NCBI GenBank assembly: GCA_964383705.1
Contig: CAYLHJ010000002.1
Span: 1,635-65,634, forward strand
Direction: 5' to 3'
Source: an uncultured Candidatus Saccharibacteria bacterium
Lineage (GTDB): Bacteria; Patescibacteriota; Minisyncoccia; Phycocordibacterales; Zambryskibacteraceae
DNA length: 64,000 bases
Below, one piece after another: positions 58,596 to 64,000 of this stretch. A model generated the notes under the pieces. It did not search any database and was not told the DNA's origin. It saw only the letters and a program-made list of their open reading frames with translations. The number at the start of each line of letters is the position of its first letter. Positions within the stretch are counted from its first letter, which is position 1. The translations under genes and the position numbers were made by a program.

Positions 58596-58668
58596 TGCTT
58601 GGACCCAGGTTCGAACTGGGGACCCTTCGCTCTTCAGGCGAATGCTCTACCAACTGAGCTATCCAAGC
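58596..58668 (-). tRNA. tRNA-Phe(GAA)
   Basis: TTCGC-CT GAA GA-GCGAA anticodon arm. Confidence 0.93.
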
Positions 58669-58727
58669 TTGTTTTGTTTATTAATCAGCAATACCACCCA
58701 CCAAAACAACTAGAAGTATAATTTAGT

Positions 58728-58973
58728 TTAATCAAAAAAACCATTTACACTGTCAACCGTACCTTTTATTCCACCATACACCTCTCTTAATTGGTCAATA
58801 TACGGTTGGAAAAAATAGAGCGCCCCAACTGATACTCCGATGATAACCAGCCAATAAACAATACGGACAAGCCGAGCCCATCGCATTGTTCGGAGCATTT
58901 TTTTTAAGATCTTATTGTTTTCCTCAGAAAGCTCCAACGCCCTTACTAGTCTTCTTTTGTCTTCGGTATCCAT
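58728..58973 (-). CDS. Small hypothetical single-TM protein
   Basis: LELSEENNKILKKM...YW...YFFQPYIDQL. Confidence 0.7.
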   Translation of the reverse strand: MDTEDKRRLVRALELSEENNKILKKMLRTMRWARLVRIVYWLVIIGVSVGALYFFQPYIDQLREVYGGIKGTVDSVNGFFD

Positions 58974-59021
58974 AGAGCCTTAAAACTATAACAAAAATTA
59001 CCCAAAATACAAATAAGGTTG

Positions 59022-59093
59022 TGCTCTCGGCAGGAATCGAACCTACAATGGTCCCTTAGGACGGGACAGTTATATCCATTTAACTACGAGAGC
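59022..59093 (-). tRNA. tRNA-Arg(CCT)
   Basis: GCTCTCG/CGAGAGC acceptor, GTCCC-GT CCT AA-GGGAC anticodon arm. Confidence 0.88.
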
Positions 59094-59120
59094 ATTATCG
59101 AACTATAATATACAACTGGT

Positions 59121-59166
59121 AAAATTAAAAACCCCGCATGGTTGTAAGGCGGGGTTTTTAATTTTT
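59121..59166 (-). terminator. Intrinsic terminator
   Basis: AAAATTAAAAACCCCGC...GCGGGGTTTTTAATTTT inverted repeat. Confidence 0.75.
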
Positions 59167-59170
59167 ACTC

Positions 59171-59410
59171 TTAAGCGGTGATTCCTAATAGCTCCGAGAG
59201 TCGATCTTTATCAAACCCAACAACCATCTCATCATCGACAAAGATTACCGGAACACCCATTTGGCTACTTCTTTCAATCATTTCTTGCCGTTTAGCAAGA
59301 TCTGATGCGACATCAAAAGTCTCGAACTGAACATTATTTGCCTTAAAAAACTCTTTTGCCGCATTGCAATATACGCAGGACGGAGTTGAATAAATAACTA
59401 CTTTTTTCAT
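59171..59410 (-). CDS. Glutaredoxin/NrdH-like protein
   Basis: IYSTPSCVYC, QMGVPVI, VGFD. Confidence 0.9.
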   Translation of the reverse strand: MKKVVIYSTPSCVYCNAAKEFFKANNVQFETFDVASDLAKRQEMIERSSQMGVPVIFVDDEMVVGFDKDRLSELLGITA

Positions 59411-59528
59411 TTCACTTAACAAGTAAACTGATAATGGTTTAGTATACCGCAGAAGAAAAAAGAACTCAAATATTTAGGTCTCAATTGCTGAGAAAATAAC
59501 TTATCTTGTCCCCAAAATTATAATTTTG

Positions 59529-59599
59529 TGCGAGTAGGGGGAATCGAACCCCCGCCCGATGCTTGGGAAGCACCAGTTCTACCACTAAACCATACTCGC
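59529..59599 (-). tRNA. tRNA-Gly(CCC)
   Basis: GCGAGTA/TACTCGC acceptor, TT CCC AA loop. Confidence 0.92.
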
Positions 59600-59606
59600 A
59601 TGGTAT

Positions 59607-59996
59607 TTAATTTTTAAAAAACTGCGAAATCCAATCACTTATTTTAATAAATATTGATCTGTCATCACTTTTTACCCCATCCTCACCCCCTTCTTCCTCT
59701 ATTACAAGTATAACTTCTTCTCCGTCTCTGGCTACACTAAATTTATCACGAACTTCTCTCTCTAAGCCCTGGGAAGTCTTTAAATACGACATTGAAGAAG
59801 ACAGTTCGGCCTCTCTTTTCTCAAGAGATTTAAGATATAGTCTAGCTCTCAATAAATCATCTTCGCTCTCTCTTTGTTTTTTAATCACCCCAAGCGTACC
59901 TTTAACAATAAGAATTGTGATGATGCATAATACCAAAAAAGTGGTTCGAGAATAAATACGTTTTCTTATTTTTTTTATTCTTTGAAAATCTTCCAT
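59607..59996 (-). CDS. Septum formation initiator (FtsB/DivIC-like)
   Basis: TM + coiled coil + LEREVRDKFSVARDGEEVI. Confidence 0.75.
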   Translation of the reverse strand: MEDFQRIKKIRKRIYSRTTFLVLCIITILIVKGTLGVIKKQRESEDDLLRARLYLKSLEKREAELSSSMSYLKTSQGLEREVRDKFSVARDGEEVILVIEEEGGEDGVKSDDRSIFIKISDWISQFFKN

Positions 59997-60033
59997 ATAT
60001 ACGATAATCTAAATAGTATACAACCAATACAAT

Positions 60034-60147
60034 ATGTTATTTCAACAAAAAAACAAAAAGGCAATACAGATAATTTGGACAGTTATTTGTATACTTATTA
60101 TTGTAAGTATGATTGCTTTCTCTGCGCCATCGCTATTCACAAATTAA
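60034..60147 (+). CDS. Small single-TM protein (37 aa), below the ORF-track cutoff
   Basis: MLFQQKNKKAIQIIWTVICILIIVSMIAFSAPSLFTN*; fills the gap between the DivIC-like gene and lepA. Confidence 0.55.
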   Translation: MLFQQKNKKAIQIIWTVICILIIVSMIAFSAPSLFTN

Positions 60148-60151
60148 ATAT

Positions 60152-61942
60152 CTAATCCGAACGCATCATCTTGAGAAAGACATCGTGCGGGATATTCACT
60201 CTCCCCTCCTCTTTCATCCTCTTTTTACCCTTTTTTTGCTTTTCCCAAAGCTTCTTTTTTCTTGTTATGTCTCCACCATAGAGATATCCCGTGACATCTT
60301 TACGAAGAGCCGACATCGTTCTTGATGAGATAATCCTACCGAGAGCCTTGCCTTGAATTTTTGTAACAAACATTTGTTTTGGTAAAACAGAAAAAAGTTT
60401 CTCTACTGCCGATTCGGCCTCCGTTTCAACTAATCTCTTAGCGACAATTCGTGAAAATGCAGGAACAACTTCATCGGCCACTAAAATATCTAATCTCGTA
60501 ACATCCGCTTCTCGCATTTCAGATAGTTCATATGACATTGAAGCAAATCCAGATGACACGCTTTTAACCTGATCAAAAAAATTCCTCATCAGCTCACGAA
60601 GAGGCATATGTAATGTTAGCTTTGTACGAACTCCACCGAAAGTTTCAGTATCTTTCACTTCTGCTTCATGGTCATAAAGTATCTGCATAAGCTGACCAAT
60701 ATAAGACATTGGTGAAATAATCACTACGGTCGCCCAGGGTTCAAAAACTTTATTTATCTGGAAATCCTCTGGAAAATAAACGGGAGAATAGACCGTCTGC
60801 TTTTTTCCATTCTTTAATTCGACTTCATATGTGATACTCGGAGAAGTTACAATGAGCGATAAATTAAATTCCCTCCTGAGTCTCTCTGTAATAATTTCAA
60901 GATGAAGCATCCCAAGAAAACCTGAGCGATACCCTCTTCCGAGCGCCCCAGATGATTCTTCTTCATATGAAAACGATGAATCAGAAAGCCTAAGACGGCC
61001 TAAGGCAAGTTTCAAAAGAGGAAAATCATCCTGGCTCTCTGGGTAAATTGATGCCCAGACAACAGGCCTTGGGCTCATATAACCAGGAAGAGGCGGGGTC
61101 TTACTTCCAAAAAAGGTTACGGTGTCTCCGACGGAAGCAATGCCTGGTTCTTTTATACCGGTAACAAGATACCCGATTTCACCTGATACGAGCTCATCTT
61201 TCGAGACTTCTTCTGGAGAAAATATTCCGACTTCCATTGGAGCAAAACGCTCTTTACCGACTTGAAAAACAAGAGAATCACCACGCTTTGCTTTGCCATT
61301 CATTACTCTGACGAAAACAACAACACCTTTATGATTGGAATACTTGAAATCAAAAATCAAACCCCTAAAAATGCTCGAATCAGAAAGTTCGTCTTTGGGT
61401 GGAGGAATACGCGCCACTATTTCCTGAAGAAGTTTCTCCACACCCTCGCCTGTCCTGCCAGATACTTCTAAAACAGTGCCTATATCCACCCCAAGTAATT
61501 GCGCGATTTCTTGTTTTACTTCTCTTGTCCTTGCCAATGGCGAATCTATCTTGCTCACAACAGGGATAAGAACTAAACCTGCGTCCTGGGCCATTGAAAG
61601 AGTGGTCAGCGTCTGAGCTTGGACACCTTGAGTCGCATCAACAAGGATAATTCCACCCTCGACCGCCTTAAGAGCGCGTGATACCTCGTAAGAAAAATCA
61701 ATATGGCCTGGGGTGTCGATTAAATTAAATATGTAATTTTGTTCATTACATTTAAAATTCATTCTAACCGGCTGCATTTTTATAGTAATACCACGCTCTC
61801 GTTCAAGATCCATGGAATCCAAGACTTGATCGCGCATCTTTCTACTTTCAACAGTATTAGTAATTTCAAGCATACGATCAGCTAATGTTGATTTTCCGTG
61901 ATCAATGTGGGCAATAATTGAGAAATTCCGTATATTTTTCAT
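60152..61942 (-). CDS. lepA: Elongation factor 4 (LepA)
   Basis: IRNFSIIAHIDHGKSTLADR, GFLGMLH, YGGDITRKKKL. Confidence 0.97.
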   Translation of the reverse strand: MKNIRNFSIIAHIDHGKSTLADRMLEITNTVESRKMRDQVLDSMDLERERGITIKMQPVRMNFKCNEQNYIFNLIDTPGHIDFSYEVSRALKAVEGGIILVDATQGVQAQTLTTLSMAQDAGLVLIPVVSKIDSPLARTREVKQEIAQLLGVDIGTVLEVSGRTGEGVEKLLQEIVARIPPPKDELSDSSIFRGLIFDFKYSNHKGVVVFVRVMNGKAKRGDSLVFQVGKERFAPMEVGIFSPEEVSKDELVSGEIGYLVTGIKEPGIASVGDTVTFFGSKTPPLPGYMSPRPVVWASIYPESQDDFPLLKLALGRLRLSDSSFSYEEESSGALGRGYRSGFLGMLHLEIITERLRREFNLSLIVTSPSITYEVELKNGKKQTVYSPVYFPEDFQINKVFEPWATVVIISPMSYIGQLMQILYDHEAEVKDTETFGGVRTKLTLHMPLRELMRNFFDQVKSVSSGFASMSYELSEMREADVTRLDILVADEVVPAFSRIVAKRLVETEAESAVEKLFSVLPKQMFVTKIQGKALGRIISSRTMSALRKDVTGYLYGGDITRKKKLWEKQKKGKKRMKEEGRVNIPHDVFLKMMRSD

Positions 61943-61982
61943 GCCGGGTCATTTTATCTGATAGATACCAAAAAATAAAGGA

Positions 61983-63659
61983 TTATAAAAGCTCAGCGTC
62001 TGGTGAAAGAGTCTTCGTCTTCCAAAACTTCTGGTGAAGCGTCTTTTGAATGTCTGTGAGTTCTGGACTTTCAAGCGCCCGTAAAACAAAAACTAATGAA
62101 ATTATTCCACAAAGAGCGGATAGCGTCGCTTGAGTAAATACTCCCCAAAAAGTATCTAGAGAGATAAAGAGATTAAAAAAACGAAGAGAAAGAAATGTAA
62201 CAAAACCCATTATGACTGAAGCTGAAAATACCCTAAAAAGAGATGCTAGGAGCGGAGAAGAAAATCCTTTGCAGTACTTATTAAATAGAATCCAAATTAG
62301 TGTCCCCTCAAGAATACTGCCGAAAGTGAAACCTAGAGCAAGCATAGAAACAACAGAACCAGAAATATCGGGAATCTTAAGAAGCGTCTCCATAAAATAA
62401 CGAAAGGTTGGAAATAATTCAAAAAGACGGACAAAAATGTAAGAAAATAAGATGGTGGAGATGCCAGAGAGAAAAGTTATATAAAAAGGCTTCCCGGTCG
62501 ATCCCATCGAATAAAGAGCTCTTACAAAAAGGAGTACTAGTGACTGAAAAACCAGTGAGACACAAAATAGGGCCAGAACAGCGGCCGTAAGCCTAGTGTC
62601 AGTCCAATCAAATTGCCCCGCCCCCAAAACAATACGAACAATATGTGCCCTTAAAACAATAAATAGCACGCTTGACGGAACAACCCAAAATAAGATGTGA
62701 CGAGCTGATATTAAGAACTGAGATAAAAATTTTTCCTTCTCCCCAGAAACAAAAAATCTGGATAGTGTTGGAAAAGCTGCCATTGAATAACTAACGCCAA
62801 AGATACTAAGAGGTACTGACTGAAGATTAAAAGCCAAATTAAATATTGAAATAGAACCAGCCGTCATAAGCGAGGCAAATGAAAGTAAAAAAAAGATAAC
62901 GATGTGAGAAACCGACAAAGTAAAGGTGCGAGGGAAAGAAAGAAATAGAACTTTTTTTATACAAGAGAAGTTTGGTTTGAGCGTGAGTTTTGGTAAAACT
63001 CCAAGATGCAACACAGTTGGGACCTGCACAAGGAGATGAAGTGCCGCCCCGACTATTACACCCCAAGCAAGACCAGAGAGACCAAAATAAGGGTAGAGAA
63101 AGAGAATACCTAAAATAATCCCAATATTATATAAAAGCGGACTTATTGCATAAACAAAAAAACGATTTCGGGATTGAATAAGACTTCCGAAAAGATTTGA
63201 TATGCCGAGCAAGATCGGTGATAGAAGGATTATTCTCGCCAATGAAATTGTAATTTCTATCTCTCTTGCAGAAAAACCTGGGAAAAGCTTATCAATTAGG
63301 AGAGGGGTTAGAAAGAAAACTATCACACTCACCGCAAGTATAAGCCAGATAAAAAAAGTAAATATGTTATCAACAAAGGTCTGGTATCGTTCCGCCCCTT
63401 TCTCTTGCTCCCCAATTAAAAATGGAATTAGAACAGAAAGAGAAACGAGGGACCCAATCGTTACAAATAAAAAGTCTGGAATACGAAAGGCCGCATAATA
63501 AAGATCCAGGCTGGTGCTTGCGCCAAATGAGTAAGCAAGTAATTTATCTCTTACAAGAGCGAGAATCTGCGACAAGAGAGCAAAAAAACCCAAAAGGAAT
63601 GCGGCTTGATGGACCCCCCCAACCTCTTTATTAAAGATTTTTATTACTGATTCCACCAT
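61983..63659 (-). CDS. murJ: Lipid II flippase MurJ/MviN
   Basis: RD..LA..FGA, YYAAFRIPD, many TM segments, AAFPTLS. Confidence 0.92.
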   Translation of the reverse strand: MVESVIKIFNKEVGGVHQAAFLLGFFALLSQILALVRDKLLAYSFGASTSLDLYYAAFRIPDFLFVTIGSLVSLSVLIPFLIGEQEKGAERYQTFVDNIFTFFIWLILAVSVIVFFLTPLLIDKLFPGFSAREIEITISLARIILLSPILLGISNLFGSLIQSRNRFFVYAISPLLYNIGIILGILFLYPYFGLSGLAWGVIVGAALHLLVQVPTVLHLGVLPKLTLKPNFSCIKKVLFLSFPRTFTLSVSHIVIFFLLSFASLMTAGSISIFNLAFNLQSVPLSIFGVSYSMAAFPTLSRFFVSGEKEKFLSQFLISARHILFWVVPSSVLFIVLRAHIVRIVLGAGQFDWTDTRLTAAVLALFCVSLVFQSLVLLFVRALYSMGSTGKPFYITFLSGISTILFSYIFVRLFELFPTFRYFMETLLKIPDISGSVVSMLALGFTFGSILEGTLIWILFNKYCKGFSSPLLASLFRVFSASVIMGFVTFLSLRFFNLFISLDTFWGVFTQATLSALCGIISLVFVLRALESPELTDIQKTLHQKFWKTKTLSPDAELL

Positions 63660-63673
63660 CTATCAAAAAATCA

Positions 63674-64000
63674 CTAATTATCTTGTTCCAAAGGTAGCGT
63701 TGGTCGTTTTTCTGGACTAGCATCGACTGGTGGCTTAGCATCAGTAAATGGATCTTTACCTGATAGTAAATTGTTTAAGATAAGTGTTAATTCTGGATTA
63801 TTTGGGTTTGTTATATTCAATTCGGAAAATTGTTTAATTGATTCATCAATTTCTCCTAAACGATAAAGAGATAGCCCGAGAAAATATTTTGCATTTGCAT
63901 ATTCTGGGACTATTTCTATTGCGCGCGCGAATGATTCAGTGGCCCCAGAAAAATCCCTACCGTTATATTTCAAAAGACCTAACTGAAAAAATAACCCTGG
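63674..64000 (-). CDS. TPR-repeat protein, 3' part; starts beyond the window end
   Basis: FQLGLLKY...A...F.RAIEIVPEYANAKYFLGLSL TPR pattern. Confidence 0.8.
   Translation of the reverse strand, partial: PGLFFQLGLLKYNGRDFSGATESFARAIEIVPEYANAKYFLGLSLYRLGEIDESIKQFSELNITNPNNPELTLILNNLLSGKDPFTDAKPPVDASPEKRPTLPLEQDN

Noticed and set aside
1-64000. CRISPR array, IS element or prophage
   Set aside because: No regularly spaced repeats, transposase, integrase or phage structural genes were seen, and no duplicated tRNA 3' ends (att sites) were noticed around the cassettes.
1-64000. Alternative genetic code (UGA=Gly)
   Set aside because: Conserved genes are intact under code 11, and dprA, topA and gyrA end at TGA.

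Overview
This AT-rich 64-kb window looks like chromosomal DNA from a Patescibacteria/CPR (probably Parcubacteria) genome. The assignment is inferred from short IF2, S1 and ValRS proteins, a VirB2-like pilin array, a membrane-anchored Clp paralog and the absence of biosynthetic genes. TGA is used as a stop codon, consistent with code 11. Most of the window is housekeeping: serS, dprA-topA, rel, parB, miaA, rpmG, clpB, iscS, infB-rbfA, gyrA, rpsA, pth, lepB, rpsU-ybeY-ftsA-ftsZ, trxB, tsaD, valS, lepA, murJ and 13 tRNA genes. Cell-surface loci are six tandem TrbC/VirB2-like pilins with an orphan solute-binding protein, a class F sortase with CAP proteins and a 1.4-kaa LPxAG substrate, and an Ig/FN3 adhesin with an apparently exact 585-bp internal duplication. 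The most unusual element is a ~950-nt GC-rich region at 32312-33271 with no convincing long ORF. It has its own promoter and terminator, a 5'/3' closing helix, more than a dozen hairpins and several long-range complementarities, so it is a candidate large structured non-coding RNA that I cannot assign to a known family. Several GC-richer single-gene cassettes next to tRNA genes also share a promoter + fixed-position boxA-like motif + terminator layout. No CRISPR array, rRNA, integrase or transposase was seen. All calls were made by eye; no searches or folding programs were run.
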